From the NCBI GenBank assembly GCA_964035545.1, contig OZ037766.1, forward strand, positions 31,858,773 to 31,922,772: a stretch of DNA of 64,000 bases. The letters run 5' to 3'. This DNA comes from Bugula neritina. Lineage: Eukaryota > Animalia > Bryozoa. Position 1 is the first letter of the stretch; each line of letters opens with the position of its first letter. This document shows, in pieces, positions 26,301-39,199 of this stretch. Under the pieces are notes generated by a model. The model saw only the letters and a list, made by a program, of their open reading frames with translations, ran no database searches and was not told the DNA's origin. The position numbers and the translations under genes are program-made.

Positions 26301-27717
26301 ATTCGTAGTTTATTTTCAATTTGGAAAAATTGTATTCAACAAATACTGTTGCTGATGATGAATTGAACTGCCAATTCACCAAATAGTTGTCTTACCATCA
26401 AAGAGTGGGTCCAGTAATCTCTGCTTTTATTGGTATATTCAAGAAGTCTTGAGGTTGTAGCTGTTTCCATTTGATGTACTTACAAGGTGTGCGTGACTCC
26501 TAGCTTTTTTCTATTGCAATTTGTTCTATTATATAATCCAACTTAATAACAAAATTCGGTGAAGTTTATCTAAATCAGTCATTCTATCAAATAATGGGAG
26601 ATTTAAGATAACAGGTTTGTATGTTCCAAGTTCCCACTTTAGGGTTGTTTTATGGCCTCCAGACTGCACTGTATCAATCACACGCTAACATTTTGATCAA
26701 CAACTTACCTAATTCCTTTTTTTTATCAACTCAAAATTGCATCACCATAATTTTTGGATTTTGTTTACTTTTAACTGGCCAAGTTGTTCACATGTTAACT
26801 GAAAACTTGAATTAATGTACATTTTGTAAACAGGTAAGTATATTTTCTATGCATAAAGCAGCTTAAATACTTGACGCTTAGAGGCAGTTGAACTGTCACT
26901 TTATTTAATTTTTTCTATATGTAGAGCTGAAGCACAAGAAGATCCACAAAAAACCGACAGGATTTCATCAAGATGTTGATTATTTAAATGCTTTCAGTTT
27001 GACGTATTTTGCTTTGCATTAACTGATAATAGCATTAGAATATTATTGGATAAAAACATCCCAAGATATCAGCTATCGTTAAAGGTTGTGCTAATGCTAT
27101 GATAGAATGAGGAAAGTAGATGACAACAGCCTATTATACTTGTAGCAACTCTTACTTGCAAACCTAACTAAGTAACAGGCTGCAGTTCTGTATAGCTAGG
27201 TTTTGTGTCTCTCTAATAGTTGAAATTTCTGTCATTATGTGTAGTTGCATATGCACTTCTGCTATTTGCTGTCTTTTTCATAAAATTTCTCTATTATTAA
27301 ACTGCTGCATGAATTATTTTTAATTGCAAAACTTAAATTACTTGAGCCGTTTCTGATCAAGAGATAATGAGGTGATATGATATATAGGCAATGTGTATTA
27401 GAATATAAAATACTGTATATAGAACACAAATCAAACAGCATGCGGCAAATTAGTATAAAATTATTACATAATTAGCAAAAAATCCTCAAAAATTAAGAAA
27501 GTGCTAGTAAGACCATTTGGCTGTATCAAATAAAATGTAAGTGTAAGTGGAATATTTTTTGTTAGTAAATCGGATAAATACACCAACGTAGCAAAATAAA
27601 AGATAAAGGCAAAATCAACTCAACCATGTATATTATATATAACGTAGGTCAATGCTATACATGCATAGATTGTGTTTATTAGTATGTAGGTTAATAGAAC
27701 GAAGAAATGTTAGGGTT

Positions 27718-30700
27718 TTAGAATTGGTTACCAGTAGCAGGTTTTCCCCGGCTGTATTCAAGCATGCATTTCAGCTTGGTGTTTAACTGCTTGTCCTTGG
27801 CTGGAACCTCAATCTATTGTAGGATAGAATTCATGCAGAGTTAATAATTGTGCTAGTAAATAGAAATATTTTTTGAGTAGAATACGGGTAGAGAATAAGT
27901 CAATAAACTAATTGATGTTCATTTAAAATCCATCACTCAGACAAATTTGTTTTGAAGCATGAAAAAGGTTTTTGCCACACTCTGAACAACTGAGCAACAA
28001 CATAATATATATAATATATAATATATATATATATATATAATCTTTACTCACTCAGCCCATGCATTACCTTACCTTAGCAATGTCTTCTTCAGTATCACTG
28101 CCACCTTCATATGCAGTGCCGGGAGGTCCTGCGGCAGTTGTATGATGAACTGGAGCAATAGGGGCACTAGCAACACCCCCTTCATTGATGTCTTTTTGGA
28201 GCTTCTGAACAACTTTTTCTATGTGACAGAGATATACTTATACATATTGTCAAATGTTATTGATTGATATATTGGTATTAACTTAAATGGTTTAGAGATC
28301 ACAGGTGTAGATTTAAGTTTACACAAAGACCAGGCATTTATTTAACAGCAATAAGGTTGTTATACCTGTCTCTTCTATGAGTACAGAAATAATTCCTCTG
28401 TCATCCCTGTCAAAGCTCATCATACATTTTATGGTTCTTAATAATTTTTCATTAAAACCTTCAGATGCTTGCTCTAATTCTTTCTGCACAACCATATCAC
28501 TCGAAGTTCCATCAATTTGTTTAAATCTGCCTAACTAATAACAATATAAATATAGCCATAAACATATTTACAAACAATACTTTAGCAATTAACATCTAAA
28601 TGACTAAATACCAGTGTAAATTATGCATAGTCACAAAAACGTTATAAATAATTTCAAGCAGTTTTTTATTTAGGTACTAAGAAACCAAGCTAAGAAAGAA
28701 AATTAATCCACTCTCCATACCTCTTCCCTTATGGCCTCTGTAAGCGAAATTTTTGTCATACATTCAACAGCTGCTGCCCCTGAGCCAATTCTCTCAAGAT
28801 AATCTCTATACATGCGTTTTCTTAAATCCAAAGCAGAATAAACTTTTGGCAAAGTATGCCAAGGTGATTCTAGAGTTACCAGATGAGCAAGAGTAGCCCC
28901 CAAGCCATACACATCCACAGTTTGGTCACAATACTCTCCCAGAAGAATCTGCAAAGCAGAAAAACACAAACTATTGCTGAAATCATTCAACACATGGGCA
29001 ATAAAAAGACCAGCACAATAGAATAACTCATTTTTTCACAAAAATGTATATAAGCTATGACAATGGAAGCTGGCAAAAATTTCAACTTCATCATCACCTG
29101 ATCATTTTATTTTATTTTTATATTTTTATAGACATCATGCATGTCGTTTACATGTTGAGCTCTTTACATGCGAAAGAATACTCTGCTAGATATATACAAA
29201 GTTGCAGTTCATCTCAATGTTATATATGCATAATACTCTAGAAGTAATCTCCAATTATCTTTCACTCATTACACTCCGAGGGGTGGCCACACGATGTTTT
29301 TAAAAATTGAGAGCTTTAAGGGTGTTAAATAATCTGTAAAAACTCTAGACTGTTCTTTGTGCCCACTTAGCCACAAAAGCTCCTAAAACTTTTGAAATAA
29401 ATTTGGAGTTGTCTTCTCCTAAATCTTGTCCAAATCAGTTAAATATATTGGAATTATTAAAACTAATTTAATCTATATATATGTAAAAAAAAATTGCAGA
29501 CAACCATAGATGCGTTTCTCACTTTTTTTTGTTGAAACTCTAGACTGTTTTGTCTACCCAGTTAGTCACAAAAGCTCTTCCAACTTCGGAAGGAGTTTGT
29601 TCCCCCTAACTCTGTATAAATTGGTAAAATATCTGGAAATTATTAAAGCTGATGGTTCTAAATATTGTAACTAATTTTGCAAAAAAAAGCAATGAGAAGC
29701 ATGAGCAGATTAGTCTGGACTCCAGAAGATGTTTTAGATTTGTACAATTCAGCTCTACCAACAAATTTAAATTGAACTATATATTATATATAAGCAATGC
29801 TTTTAAAACAATGTTGTTGGTTAAAATTCATAATTTTTATATTATTTTAATGATGACTTCTGAATCAAAATTTATTTAGCTCAGTTATAATTATAAAGGA
29901 AATACCCTAAAGCTTTGCTATAATTGAAAATATATTATAATATGATTATGTATATCTCTATCCGATTTTAGGCAACATTTTTGCTATCACATTAGAAAGT
30001 AAGGAAGAAGCTTAGATGATAGCAATAAAAATACGAGTCCAATGAAAATTTTCTCGATAAACGCATATAAGCACTGCCATAACTCGTCAACTTATGATAA
30101 AAATGACTCGCATCATGATTACCTGCTTCCAATTCCATTAAAATCACTCTGTACTTGCAGACCCTATTAGAGTTTAGTTGTGGTAGGCTAATAGCACCTA
30201 CTTGATATGTTAAACACAATCTTATATTATAAGAGTCTTACGAACCTATATGTGCTCCCGCGAAATCTGTTGAAAAATAATTGACTGCAGACTGCTATGC
30301 TTCACACATTCTCCTTCCTGAAAGCCTATTATTTTTGATGAAATGGCAAAACTTCAAAAAGTGAAAGCTGTTCCTACATTTGGTTTGCATGCTGATACAT
30401 TCCTTACAGAAATTATTGTAACGGCTCATCCCTATTTTTCATACAGAATAGATTTTTTCTGTGACTTATCTAGAAACCAGTTTTAGGAATATGGAGAGAT
30501 CAAGGCATGCTATGATATGTATAGTCATGGAACACCTGTTTTTGGTTTAAATCAAAAATTTCTAGTCAATGCTTGCAATTTTCTGGCAATTAGCAACAGG
30601 AAAAATTATGGTGCATTTTTTGTGAAAAGCAAAGGGTGAAAAACGGCTATAGAGAGATATTTTCATAGCTGTTGGGTTCGAGGAAAACTGCATTTAGCTA

Positions 30701-32650
30701 GAACTTTCAAAACATTGCAGAGTTCATAAGAAAGCCGAAGTATAGGGTAATAAGACACGTGCTTACAGGCATGATCTTACATGCAAAATATGTCCTGAAG
30801 AATGTTCTCTCTCAGTCAAATGTATAAGAATAAAATCACATTATTTGCTACATATTACCATTTGAAAATTTATATTCATTCACAGAACGTGGTGATCATA
30901 CATGAGATATTTAGATGTCAATTTTGCTGCAAATCAACTTAGATATGAGTTGTGTGCAGTGCAGCACTTCCTGGCTTTCCTACTCTACCAGGTTGTGATT
31001 TGATTAGCACTTTTATGGAAAAGGAAAGTACCTATTTACTCCTTCTTGAAAAAACATTCAAAATGTGCTGAAAGCTTTGAACAGCTTGAAAAGTATACTT
31101 TAAGTCACAACTGCAACTATACTTAAATAGAAAAGTTTGTAAATAAGCATATATATAAATGCTCTTATGTTAGTCTTTCAGTTTATAAATGGTCACTGTG
31201 ACAGCTCTATGCAGCCTGACCGACTACATATAATTGGCACTGCAGTCTCTGTGACCATTTAACACAACTTTTAAATTTAAAATGCCTACAAAGTACTAGG
31301 AAGTGATCTCATAATGGCCAAAAACCCGTGCAAATATTTGAGTGAATTCAACAATATAGCTCCTAAAAGTTTATATAGAATTTTGCAAAAATCTCAAACA
31401 AGCTGATATATTATTTAATTTAAAAGTTGATCATTATAATTTAAAAAAAACTGGTGTAATTTGAATGCTATAACTTTCAAATTTGGTTTAAAATGAGGCA
31501 ATGTGCATGTGGTTAGCACGTTAAAATTTTACTGAGGCCTGGTATATCTTGCTAGGATATAAACCTATTCCTATTCAAAAGGCAGATAGATTAGACTATA
31601 TACAGTTGCACATTTTCTTAGTGCTAGTAGAATGTATAGAAAATTGATAAATGGTGGACTGTTTTTTGAGAGTTTTCTCTGCTGATTATACCAGACATGT
31701 AAAAGAAGCCTAACTTGAGCTTCTTGCTGTTTTTCACCATAACCATTTAACCCTTGCATATCTAGTATATACTTATAGTGAGCTTTTGGTGTAAAAAATT
31801 TGAGATATGCATATTTGTTTTAGTTGTTACATGCTTACTGAAGGGTGGGTTGAACTATGTTCTATTTCTTCCCATTGATGTTGTGGGGTAGGTAGCCTGC
31901 TTCTCATATTTTACAGCACATTTGTAACTATTGTTGGCGAAGGCTTTTTAGTACATGGGTGCTTTACTATTGAAGTACTCTTCATTTGCTAAAAGGTAGA
32001 TAGTTGACATAATATTTTGAAACATTTTCAATTATCTTTGGGGAGTGTTTTATTACTTCGATTTGCATAAAGAGGATTGTTATCCAATTTTTATTGGCCT
32101 ATGAGTGCTGTCAAGGAGGTTCAATGAGACATCTATAAGAGCAATGTAACTATGCTAGAACTATTGAACGCTGTAACTGCAAACATTTCACAAATCTAAG
32201 CAAACACATATATAATACCTTAAAGATAAAAGCATAAGATATGATGGAACATGGGACACAATCACCACCAGCTAAAACCATCATCTAAGCATTGCAACCC
32301 GTACTTATTAAAAAGTAACAAATTATGTATAAACTCAACATCAGTACTTTGAATAAGAGATCCAAACAAACTTATATATGTTATAGGCACTGCTTTATTG
32401 TCAATTTTATATTCTACTACTTGTGTTGTTTTAAATTATTCTGTCTAACATTTTATAAAACATTGTTGTCTTATCAGTCAGCCTGACAAGTAGCACACAT
32501 TTTCCCATGAAAAAATTTTGAAATGATCAAGTTCAAATTAATATCAAAACAAGTGACCATATTTCAACTTATAAATTTTAGTATTCAACTTGACTTTTTT
32601 ATAAAACTTTTGAGCACTTTGTTTAGTGAGCAGTCATTCACACATATACC

Positions 32651-32706
<56 letters not shown>

Positions 32707-35700
32707 ATGTATGTATATGTATATATATATGTATATGTATATATATATAATTCTTTGACACATCAGCATAAAAAGCAGTTGATCTTACATAACTAGCTTC
32801 TTCCATATACTTATTATATATGCTTGTGCTAAAAGTTATGTGTCATTCATATAGCAAACTTGTGTTTCTATTGACAACTTGGCTTTGAATAAAAATAATG
32901 TTTTGCAATTTATAGATTCCGAATCAGTGTAGAATATTAAAAAAGAAACAACCAATTTTGGTTTCTCATAAAAAGATTGTTATAATTTTCAGAATTTGTG
33001 GGTTGGTGTGCAATCAAGAGAGTCTCAGTTACTATGCTAGAGAAACTTCGCCAGAATAGTTCGAATTAATACTAATATATTTTATACATAAGAACACATC
33101 ACAAAAACTACACAAATACATTCAGCTAATTGACACGGTCTATACAGTTCACCAGCCTAAACTCAACTAACTAAACAGCAGGGAAACTACTACTACTAAA
33201 AACGGTCAGTCCTGCTAATTGGTTGTCCATTGTTCCGGGTCATCTCTATGACCCCGTGCTACACTCATGGGGGAAATAACATTTCCGTTATTACGTTGCT
33301 TGCATGGTAGCTCCACGAGCCACCACAATATTGTTTTTTATAGTTTTTTTTTAGTTTTTTATAGTTTTTTATAGTTTATCTTTTAATAGCGGATGCTATT
33401 TTGCACGATCTGCGTTTATTTTTATTACCCATTCAAGATGTGGATTTGTTTTTTGTAATAACTTAAGTTTGGGTAGAGATAGAATTCTAGAGTTTGTACA
33501 TTCAGAATCAGCACAAAATTTTAATATATAAGGAACAACCTTTTTTGAGTGGCCACTTAGTAAAGTGTAATAAGTTAATTTTTTGACTTTTTTGGGAAGT
33601 TACTCCTAGACTATAAGGCTTGGCTATCTTTATGCTCAGCAATGACAATCAGGATTGAGCTCTCTAACCATAGCTGTAAACTCAAGCTGCTGGCAGGGCT
33701 CGTAACTCCTAGAGTTACTTGAGCTCTTTGACTTGGTTTTACACACCTTTTAAATATGCTTTAGTGAAACTATAAGTTTCTACTATTTCAAAGGTGTGGG
33801 TCATGGTACTCTGTTCTGTGCTGAAGAGGGGAAAAACCCTAAGACAGCTGCTGGGCACAGATTGGTGTAACAATAATAATTAAGTGAGCTGTTATACTCT
33901 TCAGCATTGTTATTTATTTTGCGAAGAAAACAATGCATTGTAACTTTGTTTTATCATGTTTTTTCAACTGTTGAAATTAATTATATTTTAAGCTTACCTC
34001 TGGGGCTGCATATTCTGCTGTATAACCATCTATTTTATGTGCTTCATTAACAAAGCAGGCCAGGCCAAAATCTATCAACTTGGAAAACTCAGAGGATCTG
34101 TAACATTGAGTTGTATTTTTACACATATAAATCATATATAGCAAATAAGTCTGGGTGCATGAAAATAATCCAAAATCATTCTCTAAAATGAAGAAAATTG
34201 TTTACAAGCATTTAAAGGTAAAAATTATTTTTGTTAAACTTATATGGAAGAGTTCTGTTGCACTATATAAGGCTGAAGTTCTCCATGTTCCTTTAGAAAT
34301 TACGGTAAATAGGCAACATATTTTAACTAAGACAAAACTGAAGGTAATTTGCAAAAAGTGGCTATAAAACATCTAATAACTGAGAAAGCAACATACCTAT
34401 TGTAAAGAATGTTTGCTGGTGTAAAGTCCCTATGTACGATCCCTCTATCTTGCAAGTACTTGATGACTCTGGCTTGTTGGCGTAAAATCACAGAAATGTG
34501 ATATTGATGGACTAGAGAGCGTACAGGACTGTTTCTCTTGTGTTCAGTTGAAATCAGCTGGTGCAAGTCTTTACCTAGAGGTAAAAAGTACATGCAACTT
34601 ATCTTTAGTTACATTTCTAATGTATAACACAGGCTTTTCCCAATTTTTTTAGTTACTGCACCTACCTCTCAAAGTAGGCTATGTGAAATCAAAATGCAAA
34701 CTATCGACTTTATTAACAACAAATATCTTCCTTAAATGTCTATTTTTTATCATTGAATCTCTGTTTTACAGCGCCAGTTGAACTAAGGAAGCTTGAAGAT
34801 GCATAATATGTATGATAGGATTTTAAATATGCACCTTCAAAGAATTCTAATACAATGAATTCCTCTATACCAACTGTACACGAAAACATCATCCGTATGA
34901 TATTATCATGAGCTTCACCAGCTCTCAAGTTATTGAAATGTTTGATTTCATTTGCAAGGGCTGGTCCGGTGCGATCTCCTTTAGCCTACCAAAAATGGAA
35001 AATAAAAAATAACTCAGCAATAATTGTTGTAAAATAATAACATTTGAACCTCTTGTAAAATAACTTTCTAGCACTTTAACCTCGGCCTTTTAACTAGTAA
35101 GCAGTTACACTACAAGGGTTACCAAAGAATTGAAACACTACATATTTCTCAAATTTCATCCATGATTTTGTCCCAAAAATCACTTCTGGCAATTCAACAA
35201 TTGTATAAAATTTGAGAGACCCATAAGTATTATCACATATTCACTAAAATATGACTCATTATTTTGCAAAAGACCCTTTTCACAAGTTTCTCTAGGGGCA
35301 TTTGTATTTTGAGGTTGTCTCCTGCCATGGTCCAAGAGGTAGTCTCCATGATATATAGAAGGCCCATAAAATCAGTAGAAATTTAAGGTTAGTGTGAAGA
35401 CTATTGCTAGTATGAGTTACATTTTTCTAAGATAAATATTTTGGCATAAGCACACATATTAGCAGTTTCAGAAACTTTTTTAAAAACTTTTCATGATATA
35501 TTTGACCAAAATTGAACTTCAAAACATTCTTTCGGTTTTTGGCTATTGAGCAATGCTGAGCTGGCAGCTATCATATTATCATTTGTTTTGCTGGCTGTCA
35601 CCACTCTGTTTAGAATTGTTAACCTTTCAACTCTTAGAATAATACTAACATATGCTCATCTTACATAATATAGCTACACTAGTCAGCTCTGTCTTACTAA

Positions 35701-37180
35701 AGTGCAAATGATCCAAATTATGGTTTTGAATACATGCTGTAGTTTATGAACGGCAAAGCCTTCACAAAAAACCAACTGTTTAATCACACTATAACATAAC
35801 AGTGTCACAGCAATAATAATAAACAACATTGATTAAAGCTAAGGCTGAAAAATTTAAGCTACGAACCTTTCTCTTTAGAAGGTAACACCTATAAAGACAA
35901 ATTAAGTTTAGCCGTTATACTACCTTTCCCCGAAGAAAAACCTTTAAATTTTGAAAGATGATAAAAGTCAAATCAAAATCTCTATATTAAGCAAATTTTT
36001 CAATGCAAGTGTAAAGACTAAAAATACGACTTCTTTATTTTCACACCTGTTTTAGACAAATGTCTTTTTCAGCTTTTCCACCAGGTTCTATCTGTTTTCC
36101 CTGATAAACAAGTGCAAAGCCTCCTTCTTCAATCCTTGGAATTGTTAACACCAATGTGATGAGTTGGCCTGCCTACAACATTGATAATCATATGCTACTT
36201 GCATGTTCGCAGTAGAAGATATTTCAAGATATACAAAACAATATTGATCAATTATTATTAGCTATTGTGCATGGAGCACTAGCTTAGAAATTATGCTGGC
36301 TTAATGGGAATTACAGATTACCCATTCTACTGAATTGACAAACAATATCAACAAGTTTGCCAATTTGAATAAATTTCACCTGATTTCCAGCTTCCCTACT
36401 TTCATCGACTAGTATGTACTTTTTCCCCTCTTTCTGTTAAATGCATGAATATGTTAGATAAAAGAACAATTAGCTTGAAAGTACTGCTAATTAACAATTA
36501 AATAGTAAAATATTATATACATGGGATAAAAGCTTTAATAATCAACAACATTTACCTAGGTGAATTGAAGAAAATATAACTGATTTAAATAACCAGAGTA
36601 AAGTTACAGAAAACCAAATTGATGCTCAAGATACTGCTTTCTGTTGATAAATGACTTTAAAGCAATAGTTAGAAGTTTTACAGGTCCATGATTGGTGAAG
36701 TGATGCTCAAAGTCTCATTACTTTAGCATAACAAGTTTGTAGCAAACTTTTTCACATCAACAGTAACACTGTGCAGAAAATGCATGACCGCTATATTGGT
36801 CAATACTAATGTTTTAACCTTCCTCCCAACTCATTATTTTTGAATATAAACTATAACTATTTGAATATAAAACCACTGCTGCAGAAGAAATTTGAAAAGT
36901 TTACTAGACAGTCTAGACTGCAAACCAATATTATTGATAATTGATGTCTAGCATTTACTTACATCTGTTGCTTCCAAGGGTCCATTGTCTCGCAATTGAT
37001 GAGATAAGCTTTTCCATGCATATGCTAACTTTAATAATATATAAGAGTACTTTTGCTAGCATAGTGAAACTTGCACAACAAGAGCACATATATTTGAAAT
37101 ACAAGAATACCTAAAAAAATTATCAACTATTGAGTTGATATAAGTATATCATAAAGGCTCACCTGGTCATTCATAGCCAT
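27718..37180 (-). CDS. Divergent protein kinase A, about 443 aa, 11 coding exons (37180-37163, 37028-36963, 36433-36380, 36172-36047, 34985-34835, 34574-34397, 34097-33998, 28948-28721, 28534-28366, 28218-28073, 27813-27718)
   Basis: Manually spliced with consistent phases: EEGGFALVY, ICLK, NEI, HDNIIRM, LEFFEG, HRDFTPANIL, KLIDFGLA, YAAPE, DVYGLG, MMSFDRDDR. The N-terminal and C-terminal small exons are less certain than the core. Confidence 0.85.
30300..31150 (+). mobile_element. Heavily decayed DNA-transposon remnant encoding an XPG/PIN-like nuclease region (Academ-like), in the 5 kb intron of kinase A
   Basis: Frameshifted conceptual translation gives ordered motif remnants IFDEMAKLQK, TFG, RIDFFCD, KFLVN, a degenerate EEAD..VIRH, YLDV, ELCA, ALPGF...GCDLISTF and GKGK, matching the H3TH-containing XPG-like domain that Academ elements carry. 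The superfamily assignment is inferred. Confidence 0.55.
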
Positions 37181-37919
37181 CTCCGCCCAGCCTGACACTA
37201 GGAGTATTAGAGAACCAGAACACCAATATAACGCTTGTTGGATTATTGGAATGCAAAATAGTTATTTCAACACTTTATAGCAATTTTCTAATTAAGCATA
37301 GCAATTAATACTATGGCTATTTAGTTACAACAAAATAAGAAGCAAATAAATTTATTTTTAACGGCAATGAAAAAAATGTTATAATTTACATAATACTTCA
37401 ATAGTCATTTAACACCCATCAATGTCATATTCATGATTACCAATCCCTTATTTAGCTTATGGTTATCTTTACTCTAATGAGAAACATACCCTGTCTTGGA
37501 TAAATTACAAAAAGTTGACTATACCCTATACGTACACAATAACACTGGTCTCGCAGCATACCACACATCATTAGTTCTTTATAATATCAGATAATGTACC
37601 TGTGTACTTGTGGTCAGTTGTGATAGGTTTGTATCACTCAATATCTAAAATGGCAAAGTAAAACTGCGAAGTTTTTCTAAGCAATTAGCACGGACTTTAA
37701 CAGAAAAGGGTAATTTGCATACCTTTAGTTCCAGCTGAAGCCTCAAGAGTGTAGTGGGACTCGATTGCTTGCAGTTTCTGCGTCAATGGGAATTTCGAGA
37801 GACGAGGCGTTACGTGAGGCGAATAGTTCTATAAGCAGCTCCAAGTTGGGGGTGAAAGACGATTTTAATTCAAGGAGTCCCACGTTTGGAGTTATGTTTC
37901 CAACTTTAAACTTGGGACC

Positions 37920-38100
37920 CTATAACTACTGCACACAACTCGAAACTGCTTTTAAAAACATGTTTGGTTAATAGTAATATTATTATTATTATTATAATAT
38001 TATTATATTATGTCCAATAAGAATTATCATTAATATTTTTATAGCAATAAAAGGTACGGTTTACGGTTTTGTCGAGCAGGTCCACTTAATCTCTTTGCCC
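37920..38100. promoter_or_regulatory. Probable short bidirectional promoter between kinase A (-) and the SH3 gene (+)
   Basis: CpG-richer non-coding exon candidates lie on both sides: a minus-strand donor at 37723 (aaag|gtatgc) and a plus-strand donor at about 38203 (agct|gtgagt). TSSs are not determinable. Confidence 0.4.
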
Positions 38101-39199
38101 ATCTTCCTGAAATGTTTATTGAATCAGTGTGAGTGTATTCAACTAAATAATCGGTTGTTGATAAACTTTAAGCTCTGTATCTTCAGTCAGTTCTCACACA
38201 GCTGTGAGTGTCAAGTATGTCGAACATTTGATTAAAGTATTTTTTTAATGCTTAGCGTTAAAATTTGAAAGGAATAACTAACTAAAACACCAAGTTGTGG
38301 ACCAACTCCAAAGACACAGGTTCTCACTCTGACAGTGACTCTACTTGAGTCTCACTTTTACTTTTACTTTTAGTTTTAGCTTAAGTAAAATTAAAACTTT
38401 AACTTTAATCACTAAATTTAATCATAGTGGTGATGGTAATTATTATCATTATGATAAACCCATAATCATAATGGGACAATGATAATGATAATCGTAATAC
38501 CTAAGGCTAACTCTAACTCTAAGGTAGTGTTACTGTCCAAGCCTCCGCTTGGTGACAATGGTGAAACTAAAGAGAACGAGTCGTTTGCTTTAGCAATGCA
38601 ATGATAATGAACTTGAAAGGATGATGATTTGTTTAATATTTGTAATAAAAATTATGATTACCATATTTAATTTATATTACTTTAAAAATACTATTCATTT
38701 ATAATATATTCATTTTGAATTTGAGCATTACTATTGGTATTACTATTAGTATTACCATTAGACTTAGTCTTGTAATTTAAATTAGGCAGAAAAAGCTTAA
38801 TAAACCTCAAGTCATGGTTTTTGTCCCCAGTAAAGACCATTGGTAATGTTAGGAAGAACATCCAGTTATAATTGCTCATACGCCACATATGAATAAGTTC
38901 TTAGCCCACTTTAAAAAACCTTTTCTGCTTTTAAGATATTATAATATATTGCATTATTCAACATAGCCAGCGTCAGTTCCTGTTGGAAATATATACATCA
39001 ACAGACTAAGTAACTTTAGCGCTCCCAATGAAATTACAATGGCAACTAAATGTTGTATTTTCTCTTTACTAGAGCTGTTATACAAATAATGTTCCTTAAT
39101 ATTGACTAACTTTTCTGTAAGCCTGTCTATATTGCTGCTAAACTTTGCTAGAACATTTCTGTTATATTATTTATAAGAATGTAATGCTGATCTCTGGCA

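Larger units (their letters stand above)
1..26397 (+). repeat. Tandem segmental array of lectin-gene units (units start at about 1, 5414, 14750 and 21206; the last is truncated at about 26397; the array extends upstream of the window)
   Basis: The sequence at position 1 (tcattttaattgtc) recurs at 5414, 14750 and 21206, each time followed by kilobases of colinear high identity (promoter, three exons, 3' flank). Similarity stops abruptly after aaatagttgtcttacca at about 26397. Confidence 0.95.

Noticed and set aside
29270-29740. Roughly 195-bp imperfect direct duplication, plus other TE-like scraps at 32880-33560 in the kinase A intron
   Set aside because: I could not define termini, TSDs or coding motifs, so there is not enough support to call an element.
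37723-37971. ORF 37765-37971 (+) and an open stretch on the minus strand
   Set aside because: No minus-strand frame with an ATG reaches the donor without a stop, and the plus ORF has no recognisable motif; it is best read as a 5' UTR exon/promoter region of kinase A.
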